The notes: a model not told the origin generated them from the sequence alone. Shown: positions 39,376 to 49,884, numbered from the stretch's first letter. The stretch is 64,000 bases of DNA from Vulcanimicrobiota bacterium (GCA_963786105.1 CAWAXX010000017.1:96001-160000), one strand, 5' to 3'. Translations and numbers: made by a program.

Positions 39376-39801
39376 ATGCGATTTGTCAGTCTAGTGATCG
39401 CCGTGCTCGCGCTCTCGTCGGCGTTCGTTCTCGGCCGGGTAACGGCTTTGCCGACGTCGGCGCAGGCGGCAGTACCGTTCGCAGTAACGTTTTCGCATTT
39501 CGAGTGTTACGCGGCCAAGTTCCAAGGCCAGTTCGGCGGTGCGAACGTCGAACTCACGGATCAGTTCCAGCAGTTTCAAACGGGGGTGGGCGCTCCGCAG
39601 CTCTTCTGCACGCCCGTTACTAAGAAAGTCATTTCCGGTCCGAACATGAGAGTTCCGGCTCCGGCCGATCACCTCACGTGCTATCCGATTCAAGGCCCGA
39701 CGCTCCAGCAGACTCGCGTCTTCCGCAATCAGTTCGAAAAGGGTAACGTTACGGTCGGCACGCCGAACATGCTGTGCTTGCCGACGCATAAAGTGGGATA
39801 A
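39376..39801 (+). CDS. Secreted protein with two internal Cys-containing repeats
   Basis: GGAGG RBS; HFECY..QF..FCTP.K and HLTCY..QF..LCLP.K. Confidence 0.7.
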   Translation: MRFVSLVIAVLALSSAFVLGRVTALPTSAQAAVPFAVTFSHFECYAAKFQGQFGGANVELTDQFQQFQTGVGAPQLFCTPVTKKVISGPNMRVPAPADHLTCYPIQGPTLQQTRVFRNQFEKGNVTVGTPNMLCLPTHKVG

Positions 39802-39854
39802 GAAGAAGGCGTAAAGCCGGCTAGATCGCGCCGCGTTCGTCGTGATCGGAAAAC

Positions 39855-40484
39855 GTGACGTGGCGAGCGGCGCTCGATTTTCTATTTCCTGCGCAGTGTG
39901 CCGGATGCAACGCGCTCGGCAGCGGGCTTTGTTCCGCGTGCGCACCGCTTGACGCTCGAAGGGTACTCGTGCGGCTTCGCTCGCTGTCGGTGGTCGCATA
40001 CGGCTCGTACGAAGGAGTTCTGCGCTCCGCCATCTTGGCGCTCAAAGACGGACGGCGCGACGTTGCCGAGGCGCTCGGCGAACGGATCGCGCCGCTCGTG
40101 CGCCCGCGGGCGTGGCTGGTTCCAGTTCCGACGACGGCGCAGCGACGCCGCGTACGCGGCGTCGACGGTGTGGCGCTGCTCGCGAAGCGGGCCGCTCGAA
40201 TATCCGGTGCCCGCGTGCTCGCTGCGCTGGAACAACACGCCGGTGACGCGCAACGCGGACGTACGCGCGGCGAGCGTTTGGCAGCGCGAGGCCGCTTTTG
40301 GTGCGACGCTCCATCGGTTGCCGGTAAGCGCGTTACGCTCGTCGACGACGTCTGCACGACCGGAGGGACGCTCGAAGATTGCGTGCGAGCGGTCGCAGCA
40401 GCCGGCGGGACGGTGGAAGGGGCCGTGGTTGTGGCGGCGACGAACAGCGGGCCTTCGTGGATACCGGCACCCATGCGGCACTGA
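39855..40484 (+). CDS. ComF-family phosphoribosyltransferase
   Basis: N-terminal CxxC...CxxC, VPVP, LVDDVCTTGGT. Confidence 0.88.
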   Translation: MTWRAALDFLFPAQCAGCNALGSGLCSACAPLDARRVLVRLRSLSVVAYGSYEGVLRSAILALKDGRRDVAEALGERIAPLVRPRAWLVPVPTTAQRRRVRGVDGVALLAKRAARISGARVLAALEQHAGDAQRGRTRGERLAARGRFWCDAPSVAGKRVTLVDDVCTTGGTLEDCVRAVAAAGGTVEGAVVVAATNSGPSWIPAPMRH

Positions 40485-41578
40485 GCCCGCTCGATCGTCT
40501 TTACCTCGAACGCGCGTACGAACTGGCGGCGCGCGGCATCGGAAGCACTGCTCCGAATCCGCCGGTCGGAGCGGTAGTCGTGCGCGACGGCGTGATCCGG
40601 GGTGAGGGATATCATCATCGCGCGGGCGCGCACCACGCCGAGACTAACGCGTTAGCGCACGCCGCTGAAGCGGCGCTCGGGGCCACGCTGTACGTGTCAC
40701 TCGAGCCGTGCGTGCGCCCCGGTCGCGTTCCGGCCTGCGCGCCGGCGCTCGCGACCGCGGGCATCGCTCGCATCGTCTGCGGCGTTCGCGATCCGAACCC
40801 GGAAAACGACGGTAGCGGCATCGCCTACTTGCGCGAGCGCGGCATCGTCGTCGACGTCGCCGGCGAGCGCCGGGCTCGCGAGCTGATCGAAATCTTCGCG
40901 GGCTCGGTTGCAGCCGCGCGTCCGTATGTGACGCTTAAGATGGCGATGTCGCTCGACGGTGCGATCACCTCGCAGCCCGGCGTGCAAGAGTGGATTACGT
41001 CGGAAGCGGAGCGGCTGTTCGTCCGCGAACTGCGAATCGCTTACGATGCGGTGATGGTGGGGGCCGGAACGGTGCGCGTCGACAACCCGCAATTGACGGT
41101 CCGGCCGCCGCATCATCGTTTGCGACCCTTCGTTCGCGTCGTCGCCTGCGAAACCGAAACCATCGATGCGTCGAGCCGGATTCTCGCAAGCGTGGAAGAT
41201 TACGCGCAGACGATCGTGCTGGCGCCCGCCGGTTTGCACCGGCAGTTTGACAACCTGCGTGGCGCCGCCAACGTGCTGTTCGTCGGCGGTCCGAGCGACG
41301 AACGGCTCGACTTGCCGGCGGCGATGAACGCCTTGCGCGCGGCGAGCGTGTTCAGCGTCCTGTGCGAAGGAGGACCGACGCTCGGCGCGCGGTTGATTGC
41401 CGCGGGCGTCGTCGATAGTTTTTATTGGGCGATCGCGCCGGTCTTGCTCGGTAACGCACGGGCCGTTCCAGTGCTGGCGGGAGTGGATTTCGCCGCTCTG
41501 CGCACGCGGTTGCGTTTCGAGCGCGCGATGCAGGTCGGCGAAGATATCGTGGTTTCGGGGAGGTTCGGCGTTGTTTAG
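40457..41578 (+). CDS. ribD: Bifunctional riboflavin deaminase/reductase
   Basis: PNPPVG, HAE, SLEPC, SLDG, EGGP; start uncertain. Confidence 0.95.
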   Translation: MDTGTHAALSPLDRLYLERAYELAARGIGSTAPNPPVGAVVVRDGVIRGEGYHHRAGAHHAETNALAHAAEAALGATLYVSLEPCVRPGRVPACAPALATAGIARIVCGVRDPNPENDGSGIAYLRERGIVVDVAGERRARELIEIFAGSVAAARPYVTLKMAMSLDGAITSQPGVQEWITSEAERLFVRELRIAYDAVMVGAGTVRVDNPQLTVRPPHHRLRPFVRVVACETETIDASSRILASVEDYAQTIVLAPAGLHRQFDNLRGAANVLFVGGPSDERLDLPAAMNALRAASVFSVLCEGGPTLGARLIAAGVVDSFYWAIAPVLLGNARAVPVLAGVDFAALRTRLRFERAMQVGEDIVVSGRFGVV

Positions 41579-42167
41579 CGGCATTGTCGGTTACCGTGGA
41601 GACGTTACCGCCATCGACGCGTTGCCCGGCGGCGGCGTCGCTTTAAGCGTGCGCTGCGACGGCGTCGAACGCGAGAGGCCCGAGCCGAAGGACTCGATCG
41701 CCGTTGACGGTGTGTGTCTCACGGCGACGGCAATCGCAAAGGACGTCGTCTCGTTTGACGTGATTCCCGAAACGCTCGCGCGCAGCACGCTGGGCCGGCG
41801 CGTACTCGGCGACGCGGTCAACGTCGAGTTCGCGCTGCGCGTCGGCGACCGCCTGGGCGGCCACTTCGTCTACGGCCATATCGATGTGACGGCGCGCGTT
41901 CTTTCCCGGCAGCCGGAGGGCCAGGGCGAGCGCGTTCGCATCGAACGGCCCGAGAGGCTCTACTTCGCCCTCGTCGACAAGGCGTTCGTCGCCGTCGACG
42001 GCGTGAGCTTGACGGTCGCGGCCGCCGGCGACGGGTGGTTCGAAGTCGCGCTGATTCCCGAGACGCTCGCCCGCACCACGTTGGGGAATCGCCCCGCCGG
42101 CAGTAGCGTGAACGTTGAAATCGATCCTTTGGCGCGCTATGCGTTCGCGAGTCATCGTGCGCTATAA
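41571..42167 (+). CDS. ribE: Riboflavin synthase alpha chain
   Basis: (M)FSGIV, SIAVDGVCLT, GGHFVYGHID, DGVSLTV. Confidence 0.95.
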   Translation: MFSGIVGYRGDVTAIDALPGGGVALSVRCDGVERERPEPKDSIAVDGVCLTATAIAKDVVSFDVIPETLARSTLGRRVLGDAVNVEFALRVGDRLGGHFVYGHIDVTARVLSRQPEGQGERVRIERPERLYFALVDKAFVAVDGVSLTVAAAGDGWFEVALIPETLARTTLGNRPAGSSVNVEIDPLARYAFASHRAL

Positions 42168-42612
42168 GGAGGTGCTGCCTCCGGGCGCGCGCGTGTTTTC
42201 GACGCGGGTTCAAAGCCAGTGGTCGGACGTCGACGTCGCGGGCATCGTCTATTTCGCCGCATACTGGCGGTTCGTCGAACGGGCCGAGATGGAGTTTTTC
42301 CGCGAGCTCGGCTTTCCGTACGATCGCATCTTCGAACGGCATGACTTCTGGCTGCCGCGTGTGCGATGCGAAGCCGAGTATCACGCGCCGGCGTTGATGG
42401 ACGACTGGCTGCGTCTACGGACGCACGTCGAAAAGGTCGGCGCGTCGAGCATTCGCTGGAAGACGGTCGTTTTCAACGAACGCACCGGCGAACCGGGTGC
42501 GGAGTTCACGCTTACCGTGGCCTGCATCGATCGCGAAACGAAACGAAGTCGCCCGCTGCCGGAGCCGATTCGCGCCGCACTGCTGGCGTGCGTGGCCGCA
42601 GGCGCACCGTGA
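42157..42612 (+). CDS. 4HBT/YbgC-type acyl-CoA thioesterase
   Basis: WSDVDVAGIVYF..Y. Confidence 0.85.
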   Translation: MRYKEVLPPGARVFSTRVQSQWSDVDVAGIVYFAAYWRFVERAEMEFFRELGFPYDRIFERHDFWLPRVRCEAEYHAPALMDDWLRLRTHVEKVGASSIRWKTVVFNERTGEPGAEFTLTVACIDRETKRSRPLPEPIRAALLACVAAGAP

Positions 42613-43646
42613 GTGCGAACGGGACGTCGCGCGTAGCTATGCTGATTGCTCCGCGCCGGATCGAACTGCGCGAAGAGGCCCGGCCGCAACCCGCCCCCGG
42701 AGGAATCGTGGTGCGGGTGCGTGCGGCGCTCACCGACGGAACGGACCTCAAGGCGTACCGGCGGGGACATCCGCAAATGCCCATGCCCACGCGATTCGGC
42801 CACGAATTCTCCGGCGACGTCGCCGCGGTAGGCGAAGGCGTTACCGCGTGGCGCGAAGGCGACCCGGTGATGTGCGTGCACTCGGCACCGTGCGGACGGT
42901 GCTATTGGTGTGCCTGCGAGGAAGAGGAACTCTGCGAGTCGGTGATGTCGACCAAGATTCTCGGGGCGTATGCGGACTACGTAGCGGTGCCGGCCCATAT
43001 CCTCGACCGCAACCTTTTTCGCAAACCCGCGGACGTTTCGTATCCGGAGGCGGCCTTCTTAGAACCCTTGGCGTGCGTCGTGCACTCGGTGGCGTTTCTC
43101 GCTCCGAAAAAAGGTTCGATCGTCGCCGTCCTCGGCGACGGCGGCTTCGGCATCCTTCATGCCCTGGCGCTGCTCCACGAAGGCGTGCAAACCGTGCTGG
43201 CCGGGCGTCGCCGGGAGCGGTTGGCGTTGGCACGCGACCTGGGCATCGACGCGATCGATTCCTCCGCAGAACCCTTGCGCGAGGCGTTGCGTGAGCGGAC
43301 CGGCGGACGCGGAGCCGACGCAGCGATCGAATGCACGGGCAGCGAGGATGTGTGGGAGAGCGCGCCGGAACTCGTGCGCCGGGGCGGCACCGTGTCGTTC
43401 TTCGGCGGTTTGCCGGCGGCGGCGCGCGTCTCCTTTGCTGCGGCGCGGCTGCACTACGACGAAGTTCGGCTCGTCAGCCCGTTTCATTTCTCGCCGCGTG
43501 ATGTCCGCCGCGCCTACGACCTGATTTCGACGCACGCCATTCCGGTGACGCGACTCCTTTCCAACTCGTATCGGTTGGCCGACGTCGCCGCCGCGTTCGG
43601 CGTGCTCGACGCCGGGGCGGCGCTGAAGATGCTGATCGAGCCATGA
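42609..43646 (+). CDS. Zn-dependent alcohol dehydrogenase-family protein
   Basis: GHE, CxxCxxC-x7-C, GDGGFG; first catalytic Cys replaced (TDGTD). Confidence 0.9.
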   Translation: MSANGTSRVAMLIAPRRIELREEARPQPAPGGIVVRVRAALTDGTDLKAYRRGHPQMPMPTRFGHEFSGDVAAVGEGVTAWREGDPVMCVHSAPCGRCYWCACEEEELCESVMSTKILGAYADYVAVPAHILDRNLFRKPADVSYPEAAFLEPLACVVHSVAFLAPKKGSIVAVLGDGGFGILHALALLHEGVQTVLAGRRRERLALARDLGIDAIDSSAEPLREALRERTGGRGADAAIECTGSEDVWESAPELVRRGGTVSFFGGLPAAARVSFAAARLHYDEVRLVSPFHFSPRDVRRAYDLISTHAIPVTRLLSNSYRLADVAAAFGVLDAGAALKMLIEP

Positions 43647-44680
43647 TGCCGCGCAAGACGATGCGCGCCGCGGTGTTGTACGATGTCGACGACATTCGCG
43701 TCGAGGAGCGAGCGGTGCCGGAACTGGGTGCGGGCGAACTCCTCGTCAAAACGATGGCCAGCGGCATTTGCAGCGGCGACGTCATGGCCTGGTACGTTCG
43801 GCGTAAAGCACCGCTCGTGCTGGGACACGAGCCGGCCGGGGTGATCGCGGCCATCGGGGCCGGTGCGCAAGCGCGCGACGAAGATGGCGAAGCGTTCGCG
43901 GTCGGTGACCGCGTTTTCGTCCACCATCATGCGCCATGCTTCGCGTGCCGCGCCTGTGACCGCGGCGATTTCGTGCAATGCGCGACTTGGCGCGCAACCA
44001 AGATCGACCCCGGCGGAATCGCCGAGTACTTTCGCGTCTCGATCGACAATCAGCGCGACACGCTGCGGCTACCCGACTCGGTAGCGTTCGTGGATGCCTC
44101 GTTAGTCGAGCCGTTGGCGTGCGTCGTGAAATCGCTACGCCGCGGCGGCGCCCAGGCGGGAGACGCGCTCTGCGTGGTCGGGCTCGGCGTGATGGGCCTC
44201 ATGCACGTCATCGTCGGTAAAATGCTCGGCGCGCGCGTATTCGCTGCCGATTTCATCCCCGAGCGGCGATCGCTCGCGGAAGCACGCGGGGCAATTGCCT
44301 TTCATCCCGACGACGCCGAAGCGGTCCTGGGCGAGGGCGCCGACGTGACGATCTGCGGTCCGGGAACGCTGCGCGCGCTGCAGTCGGCGTTAGCGGCAAC
44401 GGCGCCCGGTGGAACGGTCGTAATGTTCGCGCCGCTCGAGCCGGGGACGGCGATGGAAATGGACGCGCAACGTTTCTACTTCAACGATCTGCGGGTCGTC
44501 GCGAGCTACTCGTGCGGGCCCGACGATACGCGCGCGGCCTTGCACTTGATTGAAGACGGGGTTGTAACGGCGGAGAAGCTCGGAGCGACGCCGGTTTCAC
44601 TGGAGGAAACGCCGCGCGCTTATCGCGATTTAGCCGAATCTCGCATCGTCAAGCCGATCGTGATGTTCGACGGAGGTTAG
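43643..44680 (+). CDS. Zn-dependent alcohol dehydrogenase-family protein
   Basis: ICSGD, GHE, structural Zn cysteines, GLGVMG. Confidence 0.9.
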   Translation: MMPRKTMRAAVLYDVDDIRVEERAVPELGAGELLVKTMASGICSGDVMAWYVRRKAPLVLGHEPAGVIAAIGAGAQARDEDGEAFAVGDRVFVHHHAPCFACRACDRGDFVQCATWRATKIDPGGIAEYFRVSIDNQRDTLRLPDSVAFVDASLVEPLACVVKSLRRGGAQAGDALCVVGLGVMGLMHVIVGKMLGARVFAADFIPERRSLAEARGAIAFHPDDAEAVLGEGADVTICGPGTLRALQSALAATAPGGTVVMFAPLEPGTAMEMDAQRFYFNDLRVVASYSCGPDDTRAALHLIEDGVVTAEKLGATPVSLEETPRAYRDLAESRIVKPIVMFDGG

Positions 44681-44691
44681 CTCCAGACGGA

Positions 44692-45879
44692 TCACGTCAG
44701 CGGGATTCCCCTCGTTTCCGGAGCCCACAGGAGGGCGACGACGAATCCCGCCGCCGACAGTACCGCCGCCCCGACGACGATCGACGTGATGCCATAACGC
44801 GCGAGCAGCAGCGGCAGGGCGAACGTTCCCGCAAACGCACCGATGCGGCTAACCGCAGCGGCAAAGCCCGTCGCCGTTGCGCGAATCGCCGTGGGGAAGA
44901 GTTCCGCCGGATAGATCAGTTCGAGTCCGCTGGCGGCGCCGGCTCCTATCGCATATGCGACGAAGCAGACGAGAACGACGGTCGGGTTTCCGATCGCCAG
45001 GAAGCCGAACGCGACGACAGCGACGGCAAAGCCGAGAATGCACAGCAGGCGCCTCCCCCATCGTTCGACCAGCCACATGGAAGCAAACGAGCCGACCGCG
45101 AACGCCGCCGTAATCGCGACGCTCCCGGCGGGCGACGAGCTGTCGTTTAAGCCCAGAGCGGAAAGCACCGTGGGCGCAAAGGTGTAGATTGCGAAGAGCG
45201 GCACGACCTGCAAGAGCCACATAGCCGAAACAAACGTGAGCGCGGACCGGAACTTCGAGTGAAATATGGTCGCAAACGATACGTGGGGCCGATCGCTCGC
45301 GCCGCGCGCCGCCAACCACATCGGCGTTTCCGGCGCCGACGCCCGTAGCAACAGACCGGCCGCGGCAAACACCGCAGGGCTGGCCAGAATCCATTTCCAG
45401 CTGTTCGCGCCGGTTGCGAGCAACCCATAGCCGGCGACGTAGGCAACGGCCGCGCCGACGAACCAGGTCGCTTCGAGCGCGTTGAGAGCGGCGCCGCGCA
45501 GCTTCGCCGGCATGAACTCCGCGACCATGGCGGTGGCGATCGGGTAGTCGGCCCCGATGGCGACGCCCAGCAGAAAGCGAAGCGCGATCAGTTCCCAGAC
45601 GTTCGTCACGAAGATCTGCAGCAGGGCGATGACGACGAAGGCCGCCAAGTCGAAGATCATGAGCGTGCGCCGTCCGTGACGGTCGGCGAGATGACCGAAC
45701 AGCGGGGCGCCCACGAGAATTCCAAAGAGGGTTGCCGCTCCGATCGACCCGGTCGTGACGGCGTCCAAATGAAAACGCGGTCCGAGGGTGACGAGCGCGA
45801 GGCCGACGCTGCTCAAGATGTATCCATCGCAAAACACGCCGGCGTTGGCATACAGAAGCAGCCTGACGTAAAAGCGCAT
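44692..45879 (-). CDS. MFS transporter
   Basis: G.LADRHGRR motif A, GVAIGADY, ELFPTAIRA. Confidence 0.92.
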   Translation of the reverse strand: MRFYVRLLLYANAGVFCDGYILSSVGLALVTLGPRFHLDAVTTGSIGAATLFGILVGAPLFGHLADRHGRRTLMIFDLAAFVVIALLQIFVTNVWELIALRFLLGVAIGADYPIATAMVAEFMPAKLRGAALNALEATWFVGAAVAYVAGYGLLATGANSWKWILASPAVFAAAGLLLRASAPETPMWLAARGASDRPHVSFATIFHSKFRSALTFVSAMWLLQVVPLFAIYTFAPTVLSALGLNDSSSPAGSVAITAAFAVGSFASMWLVERWGRRLLCILGFAVAVVAFGFLAIGNPTVVLVCFVAYAIGAGAASGLELIYPAELFPTAIRATATGFAAAVSRIGAFAGTFALPLLLARYGITSIVVGAAVLSAAGFVVALLWAPETRGIPLT

Positions 45880-45944
45880 CGACGGTCCGTCCTTCGCCTC
45901 GAAGAAGCCGAGGACCTGACCGGTGCCGGAAGAATCGAGAGCGC

Positions 45945-46631
45945 ATGCAACAGACGAATCTGCCCAACGAGTCCGAGGAGTACCGCGCTCGTCGCGAAGA
46001 GCTGAGGCTTGCCGAGATCGAGGAGATGCGCCAGCGCGAACGGGTTGCGGAGCTACGCCGGAACCTGCCGCCGGGCGCCGTAGTCGAAGATTATATTTTC
46101 TACGAAGGCCCGGCGGATCTTCGTGCAGGCGACGAACCCGTTCGCAGCGTCCGCATGAGCGAGCTCTTTACGCAACCGAATCGCCCGCTCGTGATCTATC
46201 ATTTCATGTACGGCAAGAAGCAGACCAGCCCGTGTCCGATGTGTACGATGTGGATCGACGGATATAACGGCGTTGCCCAGCATCTCGCCCAGAATGTGGA
46301 TTTCGCGATCGCTGCGGCGGCCGAGCCTGGCGTGTTGCGTGCGTATGCGCGCGAGCGCGGTTGGACGAACCTTCGCCTTTTGAGTTGCAGCGAAAGTTCG
46401 TTTAAGTACGATCTTGCCAGCGAGGACACCGAGGGCAATCAGGACTCGACGCTCTCCGTTATCACGCGCGATGCCGACGGAAGGCTCCGTCATTTTTACA
46501 CCATGCATCCATGGATGGCCGACGAGATCGAGCAACGCGGTATCGATTTGCTCACGCCGGTCTACAACATGCTCGATCTGACGCCGGCGGGTCGTGGCGA
46601 CTGGTATGCCTCGCTCTCCTACCCGGCTTAG
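45945..46631 (+). CDS. DUF899 thioredoxin-like protein
   Basis: YHFM, CPMC, LDLTPAGR. Confidence 0.88.
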   Translation: MQQTNLPNESEEYRARREELRLAEIEEMRQRERVAELRRNLPPGAVVEDYIFYEGPADLRAGDEPVRSVRMSELFTQPNRPLVIYHFMYGKKQTSPCPMCTMWIDGYNGVAQHLAQNVDFAIAAAAEPGVLRAYARERGWTNLRLLSCSESSFKYDLASEDTEGNQDSTLSVITRDADGRLRHFYTMHPWMADEIEQRGIDLLTPVYNMLDLTPAGRGDWYASLSYPA

Positions 46632-46950
46632 GTAACGGCGTTGGTCAGAGCGTCGAGCGCGCGATCCATGGTAATAATTTGAGCTTCGAGTCCCGTCATC
46701 GAGTAGCGAGCGGCGATTTCGGACATCGGCACGAAAGACACGTTCACGCACCCGCGTTCTTCCCAAACGAGCACCTTGAGCGGAAGGTCGAGCGCGACGA
46801 GCGGAAACGCTTGCATGAGCGGCGTGCCGCCTTTTGGATTGCCGAAAATGATAAGCGTCGTCGGCCGCATCGTAAGGCCTACGTCCTTGGCTGCGGCAGT
46901 TTGATAGTGTCCGAGTAGGAGAAACGGCTCCGTTTCGTCACGATCTCTCC
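46628..46950 (-). pseudogene. DUF302-family gene with internal deletion/frameshift
   Basis: GEIVTKRSRFSYSDTIK joined out of frame to AAAKDVGLTMRPTTLIIFGNPKGGTPLM...LDLPLK; the middle FARIDH-type segment is absent. Confidence 0.7.
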
Positions 46951-46978
46951 GGCAAGTTGAGTTTGAGAACGATCGCTC

Positions 46979-47262
46979 TTATCGGGCGATCTCGAATACC
47001 GTGCCTTCACCGAGGCCGGTCCGGGGCCGCCGAAGCGCCGGTTCCGCGCGCCGTGCGCCTGAACTCGAACACCGTTCCGCGGCCGGTGGCGACCCCACGG
47101 AACCTACAGGCGCCGGGCTGACCGGGCGGCGTTCGGACCGGCGCCCGGCGATGACTGCGAGCCGCACACATTAGGTAACAAAGCCGCGAGCGCCACGCAG
47201 GCCTGGCAAAGAGCGTAAGCGACCGGTCGCACTGCGAAGACGGTGCGCCGATTTCGCGCCAT
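46979..47262 (-). pseudogene. Possible remnant of a GTVFEI-repeat lipoprotein gene
   Basis: Signal-like MARNRR...LPNVCGSQ start and, in another frame, terminal GEGTVFEIAR. Confidence 0.35.
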
Positions 47263-47488
47263 TCCTTTGGTGACTCCGCCGGTGAAATCTATGGGTGTAA
47301 GAAGGGCTGAACGGCGGAACTTCACAGGATTTTCCCAGGTCTTTCCTAGAAGGGAAACGGCTGTCCTTCGAATGGCGGATCCGGAGGCGACGCCACTTCC
47401 GTTCAGGTTTTGGCGTCATCATCCGCCTGGATTAGTGAGGATCATTGCAATGAAGTGCATCACTCGATTTTGGAGTCCGGGTATCGTG

Positions 47489-47932
47489 ATGCGAACCATC
47501 GCGCTCCCGTTCTTAGCGGCTATAGCGTGCGGCTTGGCGTCGGTGCCGGTGTGGGCTGAAGGCACGATTACCATCCAACACTACAACGGCGCGATCAATA
47601 CGTACAACGATGTCGCGATCAAGGTCATTCACAGCGCGCTCTACGTCACGTCGGCCGACGGTAAGGGGACGATCGTTTTCAACCGCGCCGCCTGCTCCTA
47701 TCAAGGGGATACGTACGTATGTCTGCCGACGAGCGTGACGCTCGTCCAGAGCGGTTCGGCCGAGCTGGTCGACCTCTCGAACGGCACGATTTATGCGAAC
47801 ATGACGGACCAGCCGCAGCAGCTTTCGCTATCATCGCAGCATTTGCCGCCGCATAGCATCCTGCTTTCTATCACAACGAAAAAAGGAACCTATATAAACC
47901 TTAGCGGCACGATCGACAAGGTGATGAAATGA
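47489..47932 (+). CDS. Secreted hypothetical protein
   Basis: Signal peptide; overlaps the next gene start. Confidence 0.7.
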   Translation: MRTIALPFLAAIACGLASVPVWAEGTITIQHYNGAINTYNDVAIKVIHSALYVTSADGKGTIVFNRAACSYQGDTYVCLPTSVTLVQSGSAELVDLSNGTIYANMTDQPQQLSLSSQHLPPHSILLSITTKKGTYINLSGTIDKVMK

Positions 47933-48936
47933 AACGGTATATTGCGGTAATCGCCGCCCTCGCGATCGCACTCACGCCGGCATTGAGCGCGGCAGGTCCG
48001 CGCGGCGGTGGAGGCGGAGGCGGTGGTGGCCGCGGTGGCGGTGGCGGTGGCGGTGGCGGCGGCGGGCGCGGCGCGAGCGCGTCGCGTGCGGCTCCCTCGC
48101 GGTCGGGCGGAGGGCAGTCTCGCTCTGCGTCGCGCCCGGCATCTCAGCCGGCGAGGTCATCCGGCGGCGGAAGGTCGTCGGGGGGCAGCGGTTTCAATCT
48201 CCAGGGCGATACGAGGCCTTCATCCGCAGCGAGCCGCCCCACAAACAACGCCGGTCGCGGCAACGGGGCCGGCAATAATAACCGCGGCAACGGGGCTGGC
48301 AATAATAACAACCGCGGCAACGGTGCTGGCAATAACAACCGCGGCAACGGTGCTGGCAATAACAACCGCGGCAACGGAAATGGCAATAACAACCGTGGCA
48401 ACGGAAACGGAAATAATAACCGTGGCAACGGAAACGGTAATAACAACCGTGGCAACGGGAATGGTAACGGAAACAAAGTCAACAACGGCGGAAACAAGAC
48501 GAACGTCAATAACGGTAATCGCAACAACGTCAACGTTAGTGGGAATACCGTCAACCGGACGGTGGTCGCCAATCCCGTTTACGGAAACAGCGGAGCGTGG
48601 GGCTGGAATCACGGAGCCGCCTGGGCGCCCGCGGCGGGCTATTGGGGCGGTGGTTTTTGGGGCGCGATGGCTGTGGGCGCAACCTCCGCGGCGATTTACG
48701 GCTCGATCGTCAACTCGGCAAATAACCAGTCCTACACCTCGTACCAAGTCCAACCGAGCAGTCCGGGATCGAACGTCCTCTCCAACTATCAACTGCAGCA
48801 GACGCAGTGCGGCGGCTCCGGTCAGGTCGTGATCTACGGACCGAGCAACAGCGTCATCTGCGCCAGTCCGAACAATCTCGTCGCGGCGGGCGAGTACAAC
48901 CTCGATACGTCGACCCTTTCGCTCTCGGCCATCTAG
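47929..48936 (+). CDS. Secreted Gly/Asn-rich low-complexity protein
   Basis: Signal peptide, poly-Gly, NNNRGNG repeats, WGW/YWGGGFWG segment. Confidence 0.8.
   Translation: MKRYIAVIAALAIALTPALSAAGPRGGGGGGGGGRGGGGGGGGGGGRGASASRAAPSRSGGGQSRSASRPASQPARSSGGGRSSGGSGFNLQGDTRPSSAASRPTNNAGRGNGAGNNNRGNGAGNNNNRGNGAGNNNRGNGAGNNNRGNGNGNNNRGNGNGNNNRGNGNGNNNRGNGNGNGNKVNNGGNKTNVNNGNRNNVNVSGNTVNRTVVANPVYGNSGAWGWNHGAAWAPAAGYWGGGFWGAMAVGATSAAIYGSIVNSANNQSYTSYQVQPSSPGSNVLSNYQLQQTQCGGSGQVVIYGPSNSVICASPNNLVAAGEYNLDTSTLSLSAI
48244..48475 (+). repeat. ~27-bp coding tandem repeat (GNNNRGNGA/N), about 8 units
   Basis: AATAACAACCGCGGCAACGG units. Confidence 0.9.
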
Positions 48937-49041
48937 GGACGCTCGCGGCGTCAAACGAGCAAATGGCGGCGGCCTTTGGGGCCGCCGCCGTTGCTCTTGG
49001 TAGAACAAAGAACGAGACGCAGGCGAGGAGAAGTAGCAGTT

Positions 49042-49884
49042 GTGACCCCATTCAAAATCGCTGCGGTCGTTACGCTTGTGTCGCTGATGCTCGGCACCGG
49101 TCTGCAGTGCGATCGCAAGCTCTTGGGCGCGGCGCTAAAGAATCACTGGCTTTTCGCGCGCGCGTTCCTGGCAAATTTCGTGGTCGTGCCGTTGATCGCG
49201 GTCGCGGTGGTGCGCGTGTTCCAGCTCAACGGGCCCGTATCGGTTGGAATTCTGCTCATGGCGATGGCGCCGGGCGCCCCGTTCCTTGCTCGGTCCGCTG
49301 CAACCAAAATCGGCGGCAACCTCGGCTTTGCGATCGCATTGGCAATTCTGATGCCGGCGCTCGCGATCGCGACGATTCCCATCACAGCGGGCCTCGTTCT
49401 GCCGCCCGGAGCGGAGGCGCAGCTGCCGTGGCTGCCGCTCGCGCTAAAGCTCATCGCTTTCCAATTCATACCGCTCTTGATCGGAATACTCATAGCCGAT
49501 CGCGCTCCGGAGCTTGCGGGTAAGCTCGAAAAACCGCTTGGCCTGATCATGCTCGCGGGGGTTCTCGCCGTGTTCTACTTTATCGTGCCGCCGTTCGTGA
49601 AGGCGTTCTTATCGGTAAAAGGTGAGAACGGCATCTGGGCGATGGCCGCCGTCGTCGCGCTCTCGCTGATCGCGGGCTGGCTGTTCGGCGGCGCGCGACG
49701 CGAGTTCCGGCGTACGTTGAGCATCGGCACCGGCGTTAAAAACGTTGGACTCGGCCTTCTCGTTGCAACGACGAGCTTCGACGATAAACTCGTCGCCGCC
49801 ACGGTGATGGCCTATTTCCTCGTCCAACTCGTCATCGTCACGGTCGTGCGCTTATTTCTGGTGCGAACGGCGCAAGCCTCATAG
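49042..49884 (+). CDS. Bile acid:sodium symporter-family transporter
   Basis: LANFVVVP, APGAP, KNVGLGL; many TM helices. Confidence 0.85.
   Translation: MTPFKIAAVVTLVSLMLGTGLQCDRKLLGAALKNHWLFARAFLANFVVVPLIAVAVVRVFQLNGPVSVGILLMAMAPGAPFLARSAATKIGGNLGFAIALAILMPALAIATIPITAGLVLPPGAEAQLPWLPLALKLIAFQFIPLLIGILIADRAPELAGKLEKPLGLIMLAGVLAVFYFIVPPFVKAFLSVKGENGIWAMAAVVALSLIAGWLFGGARREFRRTLSIGTGVKNVGLGLLVATTSFDDKLVAATVMAYFLVQLVIVTVVRLFLVRTAQAS

Noticed and set aside
39802..40456. FMN riboswitch or TGACA-N2-TGTCA operator upstream of ribD
   Set aside because: Neither motif found by eye; the region is comF coding sequence
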